DNA from: Camelus ferus
Taxonomy: Eukaryota
Direction: 5' to 3'
Length of the DNA stretch: 64,000 nucleotides
Assembly (NCBI RefSeq): GCF_009834535.1
Contig: NC_045697.1
Span: 23,996,001-24,060,000, forward strand
Shown here: in pieces, positions 13,105-25,199 of the stretch
How the letters are laid out: each line of letters starts with the position of its first letter
How positions within the stretch are numbered: the stretch's first letter is position 1
Position numbers and translations under genes: made by a program
Notes under the pieces: generated by a model
The model's database searches: none
Seen by the model: the letters and a program-made list of their open reading frames with translations, nothing else
What the model was told of the DNA's origin: nothing

Positions 13105-13660
13105 ACCATCTCCTCAGTATCTGCACGGATGCTTCATTTCTCAAAGCCTCATTCCTCATTGTAAATTATAGATAATAATAACATTCCTTCAGTGGTGTTT
13201 TTATTAGTCTGCTCAGGTTGTTATAACAGCGTACCACAGACTGGGTGACTTAGACACAGAAATTAATTTTCTCACAGTTCTGGAGGCTGGAAGTCCACAA
13301 TCAAGGTGCAGGCTGATCTGGTTTCTAGTGAAACCTCTCTTCCTATTTTGCAGATGGCCACCTTCTCACCGTGTCCTCATCTGTGCCTTTGATCTGTGCA
13401 CTGGCACTCCTGGTGTCTCCTCCTCTTCTTCTAAGGACATAAGCCTGTCAAAATAGGGCCCCACCCTTATGACTTCATTTAACCTTAATTACCTTCTTAA
13501 AGGCCCTATCTTCAAATAATAGTCAAGTGGTAATTCAAGCTTTAATTAGTGAATTTTAGAGGGGCACAACTTATACCATAACAGTGTTGTTATAATGGTG
13601 AAATGATATCATGCAATGAATGTGTTTACTACACAATAAAAACTCAAAAAAGCATTAACT
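13105..13660 (+). mobile_element. MIR split by an MLT1A insertion
   Basis: MIR core (agcctcattcctcattgtaaattatagataataata) left of 13200; MIR tail (gttataatggtgaaatgatatcatgca...aaaactcaaaaaagcattaac) right of 13583. Confidence 0.65.
13200..13583 (-). mobile_element. MaLR solo LTR, MLT1A/A0-like
   Basis: ttctcacagttctggaggctggaagtcc, tagggccccacccttatgacttcatttaaccttaattacc; 5-bp TSD gtgtt at 13195-13199 and 13584-13588. Confidence 0.92.
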
Positions 13661-13747
13661 GTCATATTTTCATGTCATTGCATAGGAGTAAATCTTGATC
13701 TCTCTGATCTGGAAGCATTACCTAGTAGATTATCCAGGTGACTGAAG

Positions 13748-13781
13748 AAGCCTCTGCACCTCTCAAGCCTCTGCACCTCTC
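13748..13781. repeat. Perfect 17-bp tandem duplication
   Basis: aagcctctgcacctctc x2. Confidence 0.95.
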
Positions 13782-15211
13782 ACCTTCTCTAGATCTTCTC
13801 AATTATTAGAGCTTAGTTCCAAGAAGTTGAACAAAATCTCACTCTTTTCCCAGAGACTATATTATGGTCCCTTCTCTCTGGTTCCCATACTCAGAATTTT
13901 CAGTTCATTCACCACCATTCCCCAAATCTCAAGCTTTTGCAGAAGTGAAGAGTAATATTGTAAAAAAGAAAAATTAAAACAAAACCAAAAGGATAATAAA
14001 CAAAGGTTTATGTATGCTGATTGTGACATACACACACCACACATACAAACACAAACTCAGTAATTATGGCTAATGTCTACAGATTAAATATGTATTTCCA
14101 AATAAAGTCAAATTTGCATTATTGAAAAATCTTAGGGTTTCATATCTATTTTTACATAGTTTTTATAGCCACTTGGCCCTTCACACACACATACCCCCTA
14201 TTTGACTCCTGGACTTTTTTTTATTATTCATTGAGAATACCAATTAGATGACAGTTCTTGATTTTAAATATGTTGTCTACATATTGAGTTTATTAATAAA
14301 CAATATGTGTTTCATTTTCAGTTGCATTAATATTTTACACCTAAAATTGCAGTTATAGCAAGTTTACTGAAAATACTTTCTGGCTAGAATTTAAATGAAA
14401 GAACAAAGAAAGCCATTTAGCATGTTGACTTTAGAAGGCTTCAGAAAGGATTATACTTTTAGACTAGGTATAGAAAATACGGAAAACAGGTTCTGTATCT
14501 GGAACAACAGCTCATAATCACTTGTGTAATTTACTTCAAAACTGCCAAAATAATGAACTATATTTATTCATAAAAGAAAAGTAAATTTTGCACCATGCTC
14601 ATACTGATAAGGTAATGGTATTTACATAAAAATTAACATGATAAATTTAAGAAAATTCTGAAACTATGTTACTTCAGATATTATCAATAATATTTTCCTC
14701 AATTTAAAAAACAGTGCTTTTAAATTTTGCAAATTGAATCTGACATAAATTCTCAAATAACTTTAATTCTTGGGAGTTACTATCAATTTAGAAATGTAAC
14801 GTTATCGATCACTTCACCTTGCATTTTATAGTTTTTCAAAATTTCAATGTGTTTATACCTGACCTCTGATTATCACAATAAAGAATGATTGAACATCTAC
14901 ATGAAGTTAAATCTATAAAAAAAAAAAAAGACACTATCCTCTAGTTTACAATTAGATGTTTCTGCTCAAATGTGCCATCGATCCATTCAGACCCAGCCTC
15001 CACACCCAAGTTCCTTTCTTAGATCACTTTAACACCATCCTTCTCCATGTCTATGTGTCTTATAGTGCAAAGTGTTGTGGGAGATAGCAACAAGTATTTA
15101 TAAAACAATTAGATAAGCTTTTTAAACTTCCAAGAAGTTTTATAATATATTTTTCAGCTGGTGTATGATTTTTGATATTCAGCTTTCATAAAAAACATCA
15201 ATCAGCATCAG

Positions 15212-15918
15212 TTTATTAGTCAGGGTTCTCCAGAGAAACAGGATAAGTGAGGTATATAGAGAGAGAGAGTTCTAGAGATACAGATATATGTATCTCTAGA
15301 TGTATCTAGAGAGAGTGATAGAGATAGATAGATATAGAGAGCTTTATTGTCAATCTATATTATCTAGATAGAGACAGACAGAGAGAATTTTATTATAGGA
15401 TCTACCTATCTATGTACATCTTATCTCTATCTCTATATCTATATCAAGAGACAGAGACAGAGAGGATGAGAGAGCACTTTATTAGAGGAATTAGCTCATG
15501 TGATTATGGAGGCTAAGAAGTCCCACAGTCTGCCATCTGTGAGCTGGAGAACCAGGAAAGCTGGTGGTATAATTCAATGTGAGTTCAAAGGTCTAAGAAA
15601 AAGGAAACATTGATATAAACCCCACAGAAAAATGGCTTGAGAACCAGGAACTCTGATGTCTGAAAACAGAGGATGGATCTCCCAGCTCAAGAAGAAAGAG
15701 AGAGAATTAGTGCTTTCTTTGCCTACCATTAAGTCCCCCAATGGATTAGTTGATACTCACTCACATCGGTGAGAGTGAATCTCTTTTCTCAGTCTACTGA
15801 TACAAATGCTAATCTCTTTCAGAAACAACCTCACAAACATACCCCAGAAATAATATTTTAGCAATTATCTGTACATCCACTAGGCCAGTCAAGTTGATGT
15901 ATAAAATTAACCATCATA
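15212..15918 (-). mobile_element. MLT2B-like solo LTR with expanded GA/TA simple-repeat segment
   Basis: Starts tattagtcagggttctccagagaaacag; contains gattatggaggctaagaagtcccacagtctgcc; ends gtcaagttgatgtataaaattaaccatcata. Confidence 0.92.
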
Positions 15919-16431
15919 CTTATCTAAGATTTTAGAACTGAATGGAACTGAGACATCATTCATTAGAAAGCAAATAATAATAAATATATGTGATCATGTT
16001 CTTTCTATGTGTTAGGTAGTACTTTAAGAGTTTTATATATTTTCTTAACATGCTACGAGATGGGTGCTATTCTTTCTTAAGGACACCCAGCTACTAAGTA
16101 TGGAGTTTGAATCTGCAGTGAGACAGTGAGTCTCTACAGCTGGAGGTCTTGATCATGGTGTTTTACTGACTCCTCTGCTGTAGTTAGCCGCATGCTATGG
16201 ACAAAGGCTCCTCTAGACACTGTAGTAGATGCAAAATGAGGAAGCTGTAGCCCCTCTCCTTAAGGTACTTGTAAGCACTTAATTATAATACCAGACAAAA
16301 GGGCTGAGCACTGATCAAGGTTCAAAGCACTGTGAAAATGTCAAAGAAAATTTCTGACTAAAGGATAGGAAATATTTTCATGAAGAAATTAGTGTGTTAG
16401 CTAGCTAGGTCTTGAAAATTGTATGGAATTT

Positions 16432-16833
16432 CATGGTTGACTTCATTCTTTCTTCTAATTTATCATTCTTTCTCTATAATAGAATTGTGTATCCACATCC
16501 TCTAATATATGACTTGGCAGTATTTCCCTCTAGAGTATATGGAGTATTGGAGTATATACCCCAGTGATACTGGGCTTGGTTATATGTTTTGCTTTGACAA
16601 GTGGAATGCTAGTGAACAGTATATGGACTGGTGTGATTATGTTTGGCTTCTTGCACTTCTGCTATCACCATGAAAAAACATGCCCAGTTAGTCACTGGTC
16701 CCAAAATGAGAAAAGTGGAGCAGTTCTGAACCCAATCTGCAGCCTAGTAGCAAATCCAGCTGAACCACATGTTTCTTGCAATAAGCTACTGAGATTTTGA
16801 AGATGATGTTATGCAACAGAACTTAAATGATAC
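16432..16833 (+). mobile_element. MaLR solo LTR, MLT1H/I-like
   Basis: cttgcacttctgctatcaccatgaaaaaacatgccc, ctgaacccaatctgcagcct, taagctactgagattttg, ends tgataca. Confidence 0.7.
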
Positions 16834-17009
16834 ACATTTTAATAGATTAAATGATAAGAGAAACATAGAAACTCTGGTTGGAGAGGATAATATAATTAGA
16901 GATACAGAGTCTCCCAGAAGATTGAGAGAATAACTATTAAATGTGATAGCAAAGGATTGAAATGAAATCTTCTTGGAAACTATAAGGGTTGGTAAAGTTG
17001 TGTTATTCC

Positions 17010-17125
17010 ATCAAGTGTGAGCTGTGTCAGGGTAGCAGTTTTGTTTACTTTGTATCTCTAGTATCTAGAACAGTGCTTATAACAAAATGAACATTTGAGA
17101 AATAGTTGGTGGAATAGATGACCTG
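17010..17125 (+). mobile_element. L2 3' end
   Basis: tgtgagctg...tgtatctctagtatctagaacagtgct...aaatagttggtggaatagatga. Confidence 0.65.
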
Positions 17126-17399
17126 AATGCAATTAAGGATTTTTCTTTTTCCTACTGAAATCCGGAGGTTCTCAATTTTTTTTAAAAAAAGAGGAGTTTC
17201 ATAAGCTACATTATGTTAGTGGGGTTATTTGAAGAGGGGGTAAGAAGGAATCATTTGGTTCCCTGTAGTACTTCTGTTTTTATGTGGAAAGAGTAACACT
17301 CCTGAATTCACTCACTCCTCTGTAGGGAGGTTGGATTAGAGTGGCAAGAATTTGGAAGTAAATGAACTGATTACAGCCGTTCTTTGGCACGGTCCCTGT

Positions 17400-17860
17400 G
17401 ATTCTGATGAAGCAGGCTTCCTTGCCACCACATATCTATCTCATTGACTAAACTAGAAGCAAATATGAGAAATAAGCAGGAAAATCAGAGTTCTTTTGGA
17501 GAATTTATTAAACCTATTTTGATTGAGACTCTTACTCTTTGGGATTGATGTTACTCATTTGATATGTTTCTAGTACTGCTATTAATATCTTTACTATTAA
17601 TACCTGGGGAAAGTCTTCCTATGAATTAAGTCAATGAAGAGGAAAGCATCAGCGGGAAATGCAAAGAAAAGAGTCTTGATAACAGCTTTGGGTGTCTGGA
17701 TTCAGACTTGCCTGAAGCAAAATCCAGTGCTTGGAATTTTCTGTTACATTGATCTATGCAATTGAAAATAGTATATTTTTTTCTTCTTGGAGATGGATTT
17801 TAACTGGTTTGCATTTCATTCCTTATAACTTAAAGTTGGAAGAGTTGTGATTAATGTACA
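17400..17860 (+). mobile_element. Old MaLR LTR (MLT1J/K-like), decayed
   Basis: ctggattcagacttgcctgaagc...ggaattttctgttacat; end resembles gtgattaatgtaca. Confidence 0.5.
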
Positions 17861-17864
17861 GCAT

Positions 17865-18370
17865 GAGATGACTAGTGCAAATGAAAGGGAGGAGGATGAG
17901 AGAAATAGTGTGGAGCTAAAAGAGTCATGGTAATTTATTGGATATAGGGGGAAGGAAAACATGGAAGAATTAAAGATGATTCTGAAGTTTCAGTTGTGGG
18001 TGGAGGGGGATGGTGGCACTATCAAACTAAAAGAAACAAAAGGATGGGAGTAGCTTTATGGGGTTTTCTGTTGTCTGTGGTGGATTTTGAGGAATCAGTT
18101 GCACAGTTACAACATGGTGACTAGAAGGAAATCCAAAGTTTGTGATTATAGTTCAAATGAGAGGTTTCCTGTGGCAATATTTATTTACAAGTAATCAGCA
18201 GAGTTATACAGGAAGTCATGAAAGATGATCACTTAAAAATAGCTTATCCCAAGAGAAGGCTCTATGACTGAACTAGGGAAATACTTGTACTTAGGAATGG
18301 ATAGAGAAAGAAAAAGCCCTGATGGAGACAGAGTGGGGGCTTAGGATAGATACAAAAAGAACCAGAGGAA
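17865..18370 (-). mobile_element. L2 fragment
   Basis: Purine-rich gaattaaagatgattctgaagtttcag...gatggtggcact, typical of antisense L2. Confidence 0.6.
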
Positions 18371-18377
18371 AGGAACT

Positions 18378-18605
18378 TAGCATTTACTGGGAACTGAATA
18401 TAGTGTTTTTTAAGCATTTTCCATGTTATCTCATTTTATCCTCAAAACCCTGGGAGAAAGGCATTACTATCATCATTTTACTGTTGAGTGAACTAAAACT
18501 TGGCACGGATTAAGAAAATTAGCCAAGTTCCCAAAGCCAGGAAGGGCAAAATTTGGATTCAAACGCAAGTCTATTTGATTCCAAAACTCATGCTCTTTCT
18601 GCCAC
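18378..18605 (-). mobile_element. MIR SINE
   Basis: tatctcattttatcctcaaaaccct...catcattttact...ggattcaaacgcaagtctatttgattccaaaactcatgctcttt. Confidence 0.85.
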
Positions 18606-19883
18606 CTTTTGCAGTTCCCTCACCAAAGGCGTGTACTGTTATCAGAGCCAATGAAAAATAAACCGCCAGAAAGGATACAAGCAAGGCCAAATGCTGGGGA
18701 AAGCATTAATAGAATACAGCCTAATTTGAGATCAACTAGTCCTCCTCTTATTTTGCAGTTGGAGGAAGGGAAGTTAAATGATTTTCGCATAATCACACAG
18801 TTGGCTAGCATTAGAACCAGAGTACTCAGGTTTCCTTATAGCTACTATGGTGCTACTGTCCAGCACTGCCTTCTGCCCCTAACATACAATACACTGTGGA
18901 TCTAAATACATTCCATAAGGACTACACCCTTAGTAGTGTGTCATAGACTATTGGGCATCTCTGCAGCATCGCCACTCCTACTTTATCTTACCTTATATCT
19001 TAAAAACTTTTTTCATTAAATTAAGAATATTGCATACAATGAAGAGTTCAGAATAAGCAGAACAAGGAAAGCATGAATTCCACTGGTGAGTTCAGGCAAA
19101 ATCTCACTGACCTTAATACTCCAGTTTCTGTTCATCTGATCAATAGTATAACTTGTTAACTAATAATAAATAAAATGGGTTTTTCTTCAGTGTTATGCCC
19201 TATTCATGCTCAGTTTGACCATAGATATACCACAAATGTAATCCCCTTTCAATGTTAATAGTTTTGAAGGAAAGATAAAGAAGTAATTGAAAAGAGAGAC
19301 ATGTATAGCGATGGTGGAGAGAGATGGGCAGGAATTTCTTTATAGAGAGGTCACAGAGGCCTCTCTGAATTCTGTATGATTAAGGAGCCAGCTATGAGAA
19401 GATTCCCAGACAAATGGGACAGCAGGGGGGGAAAAAATTCCAAGATTAAATGCTATTATTTTTGAGGAATAGTACAATTCGCAATAAAGATGATACTTTT
19501 CTGGTTTCAGGAGAGGTTTCCTGGGCTTTGGTTCACTAGCTTCTTTCTTCTGAGAGGGAGCTTGTGTCAGTCCTACAGTCCAGATAAAATGCCTCGATAT
19601 TCTTTTCTCACCTCTATTAAGAAGATGGAAATGACTGCTTAGCTTGTTACCAGGTGGCATTTCTCCAAGAATAGGATTTTATATCCATCATTGCCTCTGA
19701 CTTTTCAGTCCATGACTCACATGACCAATATCCACAGATTAGGAAAATAAATTATGGTTGTAAGGACATTTAAGTCATAACATAAAACTTAATTGGTATT
19801 CTTTATTGGCAGATTAGAGAGTGAAAAAATGTGCAACCATTCTAAAAATATTCCCTTCCAATTGTCAAGACAATATGCCTAAA

Positions 19884-20040
19884 TCAGCGGGTTTCAAATT
19901 TATTGCAGGTTGCACCCCTTACACAAAATGCCATGTCTCCAAAGCAAGAGGTTCTGTATGTTAGGGAGGGATCTGAGTATATTTTTTTTGTAAGTTTTTT
20001 AGTTGATCCTGATACTTATCAGTGATTGGTGATAGCTAGT
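19884..20040. mobile_element. MER5-like hAT-Charlie MITE, decayed
   Basis: cagcgggtttcaaattt at left; gtaagttttttagttgatcctgatac near right. Confidence 0.45.
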
Positions 20041-20085
20041 TTATGGTACAAAATATATCATTGGTACCCTCCCTTAATGTCCACT

Positions 20086-20552
20086 GTATCAGTAATCTCT
20101 TATATAGAATGTTGTATAACAAACTGCCCCAAATCTGAGTTGCTTAAAGTAATAAGCCCTAATTTAGCTCATGAGTCCAAGGGTAGGTGATTTAGGATTT
20201 AAGCTGGGCTTTGAGGGGATTGTTCTTGTGATCGCATTTGGGCTCATTCACATATTTGGCAGTCAGCTGACTGTCTTCTGAGGCAATGGCAGTGACTGGG
20301 CCGTGCTTCTCTCATTCTCCAGTAGGCTAGCCTGGGCAAGTCATGAAGGCAGAGAAGCAAGAGAATGAACAGAAACACGAAAGCATTTTTTCAAACTCCC
20401 ATTTGTATTAAGTTTGTTAACATCTCAATGGCCAAAACAAGTCACACGGCCAAGCCAGAATCTGAAGCCACTATGAGATTACAAGACATTGAGGGGATGA
20501 AAAGAGGATTGGTACACGAATATGATTAATAAATCACATCCTTCATATCCAC
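20086..20552 (-). mobile_element. MaLR solo LTR, MLT1H-like
   Basis: tgtatcagt...tgtataacaaactgccccaaa...tctctcattctccagtaggctagcctgggc...atggccaaaacaagtcacacggccaagcc. Confidence 0.78.
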
Positions 20553-22920
20553 AGCTCTCCCAATGCCCAGAACATACTCATTTTTAGGCTTTCCCTGCTA
20601 CCCCAGCTCCTACCCTGACTTTAACCCTATAGCTGGCCAGACATAGTGAGTTATGTTAGCTTGGCAGTTGACAAGATATCATCTCCTTTCTCAGCAGAGC
20701 AGATTTAGTCTAGAAGATTTGATCTTGTTGTTTAGAAAGATACTAGTAGTTAGATGTGAATAATGAAAAATATTCCTAAATAATATTTTCTCACTCCTTA
20801 TTCTTCTGGATTCTCAATCTTGACTTTTCATCCCTTCCTTGAACCCCTCTATTATTTTGATATATGAATTTACAATCTCCTCCTCTGTTTATTCAGAGAT
20901 AATCTGCTACTCTAGCCCTATGGATGTAATTCAGAATTCAGGTTCTAATCATAAAGAGTTGTTGCACTATTTTAATACTTAAAGTATACAGATGCACATT
21001 GATTTAGATATTGTCTGACTGCTGAGCACACAAATCTTCTTTCTATTTGGAGAGAGCCTCACATTGGATGAGTATTGGAGGATGAGTAAATATATTACCT
21101 CTACAAATACAGGGTGAGCAAATATGTTACCCCTGCTCAGACACTCATCATTGGAGAGAAGATTGCTGATACACAGGAGAAGTTTAGGTTTCATTTGGGG
21201 TGATGATGCCATTGACTACAGGAATTTGTACCAGGGCTATTGGCTTTCCCTGCCATTGGTAAGAATACTGGGATCCAGCTTTTTTTTTTTTTTTTTTAAA
21301 TATGTATTGTGTTGCTACCTTTCTTGATTTTCATACCAAGTCTCTTGGGTTTTGGAACCTTTATGAGCTCAGTTCTGATCATTTCTTCTCAATTCTATGA
21401 TCTGGTTGAAGCTAAGAACATGGATTAAAACACTGATTGTTTCTTCTGGGAATTTAGGGAACCTCCAAAGCTTCAAAACCTTTGCTTCACAGGTTGATTT
21501 TTTTTTTCATTAAGCTCATCACATCTCCCATAATTCCTCAAATAGAAATTCTAGAGCCTCAAGATAATCATGTCTACTGCAATCAGAATATCCTGGGTAA
21601 AAAAAGTGACAACCATATAGATTTTTTTTTTCAAGACAGTAACTTATATGTTAAAAGTTAAGAGGCTAATATACTGAGCATTACAGATTATTAGCTTCTG
21701 AGAAGGATAATCTAGTGTCTTTCTAAAATGACATGTTGATATATTTGGGAGAGGAAAGTGAGAGCAAGGTGATTGCACTGTTGAGTTTTTGTTTTCCAGA
21801 CTTTCTCTGAGGAGCATAGTTGATACACAGAATTCACCTTAATTTTTTCATAGGAAACTTGTTTTCAGATTCTTAGAATACTGTATAAGTCATTATCCCT
21901 AATGACTTAACCAGTTGCTGTGCTCAACTATATTTCTCTGTATGAAAATTTGATGATTAATGTGACTGATGGAATGGTACAAGTACCACTTACCTACTTC
22001 TACGTTAAAGAACTCAAGTCTCTATTCAAATGCATTGGGATTACAGAATTTCCACATGATCTTGCACAGTTCAGTGTTTCTATCCAGAGGATTTCTTTAG
22101 AGATCTCTGATAACTGCATTATCCTCACAAGGCTTAAGCAATTGTTTTATTAGCTGTTTTTTTTAAACAGCACCCAGGAGTGTTGGAAATTATTTTTAAG
22201 GTTAAAAATGAGTGTGTTTACACACCTTTTCATTGGAGACCTCATTAGCTAGGTAATTTAAATACCAGAAGTTGAGAGTTTTATAAAATACAAGAAGATT
22301 GGCTACTTTATAATCATCTCCACAACAGAAACACTCTTGGAATAGTATTTGATTTTATGAATAAGCCATTTCAAGATATGAAGAGTTTAAAAGGAATTTT
22401 GATACATTTTCTCTAGGATTAGGTAAAACCAACTTTAGAAGGGGGTAAAAAAATAACAGCCTATGACATTTTAGGACATTATTTATTCTGTATTTCAAAC
22501 AGTTTGATTTTTTTTCACTTGGTACTTATGAAAAGATTTCTTTAACCCTATTCAACTTATTCATAATATGTCTGAACTTACTCAAGCTAATCTCTCTTTG
22601 AAGGTACAAGGGAAGTCAGCAGGTAAGCTTTCAGTGTCATAAAGACTCAGCATCTGGTCCAAGTCATGCTCTACTCAATGTCCTTATCATCACCAGCAGA
22701 GAAACAGTGGCTGATAACTATGGCTGTTCATATCTTAAAGATACAGTAACTGTCCTGAATTGGACAATTTTCAGGTGGTCTTTCATGTTTCAGTGAGAAA
22801 TTTCAAGCAGATAATTCATACTCACATTTGGGGCCCTTAATGCTGTTCCTTCAATACATACAGTCAGGTTGAGGTTGAATCTTCTAATACACTGGGAACT
22901 AGGACTTTCCCATGTAAAGA

Positions 22921-23768
22921 TAATACTTTAGTTTTATATGTATACACACACACACATACATATACACACATATACATATACATACCACATCTTCTTTATC
23001 CATTCATCAGTGGACACTCTGGTTGTTTACATATCCTGGCTAATGTAAATAATGATGCAATGAACATAGGGGTATATATATATATATTTTCAGATTAGTG
23101 TTTTTCTTTTCTGAAATTGCTGGGTCATATGATAGTTCTATTTTTAATTTTTTGAGGAACTTCTGTTCTATTTTCTGTAGTGGCTGCTTCATTATACAAT
23201 CTCACCAACAGTGCATGGGGGTTCCCTTTTCTGCACATCCTCACCAATACTTATTTGTTGTCTTTTTTATTGTAGCCATTCTGATAGGTATCACTCAGCT
23301 ATTAAAAAAAAAAGAAATCTTGATGTTTGTGACAACATGGATGGACCTAGAGGGTATTAAGCTAGGTGAAATAAGCCAGAAAGCCAGACAAAGAAAGACA
23401 AATACCATACAATCTCACTTATATGTGGACTCTAAAAAACAAAACAGGTGAACAAACAGAGTGAAGCCGAACAAACTCATAGATACTGAGAACAAACAGG
23501 TGGTTGCCAGAGCAAATGGAGGTGAAGGAGGTGAGTGAAATAGTTGAGGGAGATTCAGAGGTACAGATTTCCAATTACAAAATAAGTATGTCATGGCACA
23601 AAATGTACAGAATATATAGTCAATTATATTGTAGTATCTTTGTATGGTGACAGATCATAACTAACCTTATAGTGATCATTTTGTAGTATATAGAAATATT
23701 GAATCACTGTCTTGTGCACTTGAAACTAACATTGTGTTTTGAGTCAATTATACTTTAGCTAAAATAAT
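22921..23768. mobile_element. L1 3' end (L1MA9-like) with 5' inversion: about 22921-23290 minus, 23291-23768 plus
   Basis: Left part is antisense ORF2 3' region; right part is sense and encodes KKKEILMFVTTWMDLEGIKLGEISQ (L1 ORF2p C-terminus) followed by 3'UTR. Confidence 0.9.
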
Positions 23769-23774
23769 ATATAA

Positions 23775-23935
23775 ACACTGGGAGGAAATATAAAAATGCT
23801 AATGGTGGTTATGTCTGGGGTGTGGGGATTATCAATGTTTGATTTTTTTTACTTTATGTTTTTATGTATTTCTAGTTGTCTGTAATGAATGTATACTACT
23901 TGTAAAATTAGAAAACAAATTTAAATATCATAAAA
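23775..23935 (+). mobile_element. L1ME/L1MC-type 3' terminal fragment
   Basis: aatgctaatggtggttatgtctggggtgtggggatt...taatgaatgtatactacttgtaaaattagaaaa. Confidence 0.7.
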
Positions 23936-25199
23936 AAGGTTCTCGAATTAGAATATTCCATGATATTTTGCATTTTGAGGTTCCAGAAGAACAGTTAACT
24001 CCCAAAATAGAAACATTTGACAATTACATACAGTAGTAAGGCAGATGGGATCAAAATATCTCCTCTAATCTTGATAAAGCTATATGTACATTATGGCCTG
24101 GGTTAGCCAAATGGGCTTATTTATTTGCCTCTAATTGAACTTTTCTCCCAAACCTTCCCCACAAAGGCAGAGCCTGTCATTCCAAACTTACCAATTTGAA
24201 GAGATAGGACCAAATTGTATCTTCTCTGCTGGCTGCTAGGTCATAAAGTGTGGGCACAGAGGTTGCTGGGCCACAACCACCAATTCCTCCCCTCCTTGGG
24301 GAGGAATGCTATGGTGATAAAGGCCTGGATTGTTACTCTAATGGAAGTTTTTCCGCACGGAGACATAAACAGGAGGGATAACAGTACAATGATAACTGCT
24401 GAGGATTTGGTATACAATGGCATATGGAATCTTTTTTTTTAAAGCCTCTCAATGTTTTATATTAATAAAATGAGCCTGAGAGAAAGAAAAGATTACTTTT
24501 GCTTGAAATAAAAATGGTAGGATAGATATAAGGTAAACAGTTATTTAAATTGTCATTGGGTTTCTAGCACCATATGCTGCATTATTTTATACAGTAGATA
24601 TAGATGGGCCAAATTTAAGGACAAGGGAGTTCAGTTACCTCAATGCCCTTTTCATCTTTGGCCTCTTGAGAAGAGAGGCTGGGAAGTTATTCTTGTAATT
24701 TAAATTATCGACATGACTTTTTATAGTGTCAGCTGAGGCCATCATCTCATTTTACATAAAACACCAAACAGCCATTGGAAGTTAATGAACTTTCTTTATT
24801 GGTGTATCAGGAACATTTAAACCAGTGATCTAGAGAAAAAGAGCTCTTCATATCTGATCATAAATTTTGGAGCTCCCCATCACCTTGATTAATATTGTCT
24901 TCAAGATTTGGAAGACTGATATTCAAATGTATGTGTATATTAGTGGGGTTTTGTGTGTGTGGCATGTATCATTATTATTTTTGGAAGGAAGACATATAAT
25001 ATTCATTCTTATAAATATAAGCTCCTTTTGGTTCCATATACTACACAATGATTTAAGGAATTATGTTGTTCCACATACTACACATTGTTTAAAATATAAA
25101 TGTGGTGGGATAAGTATAACTATATATTTTAAATTATAAAAAGTATTTTTATAAATATATAAACTAAAATGTTCCTATTTTAAGGAAGAATATTTTAAA

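Noticed and set aside
23098..23451. 117-aa ORF as a novel gene
   Set aside because: It is a read-through across the L1 inversion junction: antisense L1 joined to the ORF2p C-terminus.
22889..23784. acactggga on both sides as the TSD of the inverted L1
   Set aside because: The left copy lies more than 20 nt from the element edge and the right copy fits the adjacent older L1 fragment; likely coincidental.
24190..24430. Overlapping ORFs in a GC-richer patch
   Set aside because: No recognisable homology or splice signals; probably a decayed LTR/ERV fragment that I could not assign.
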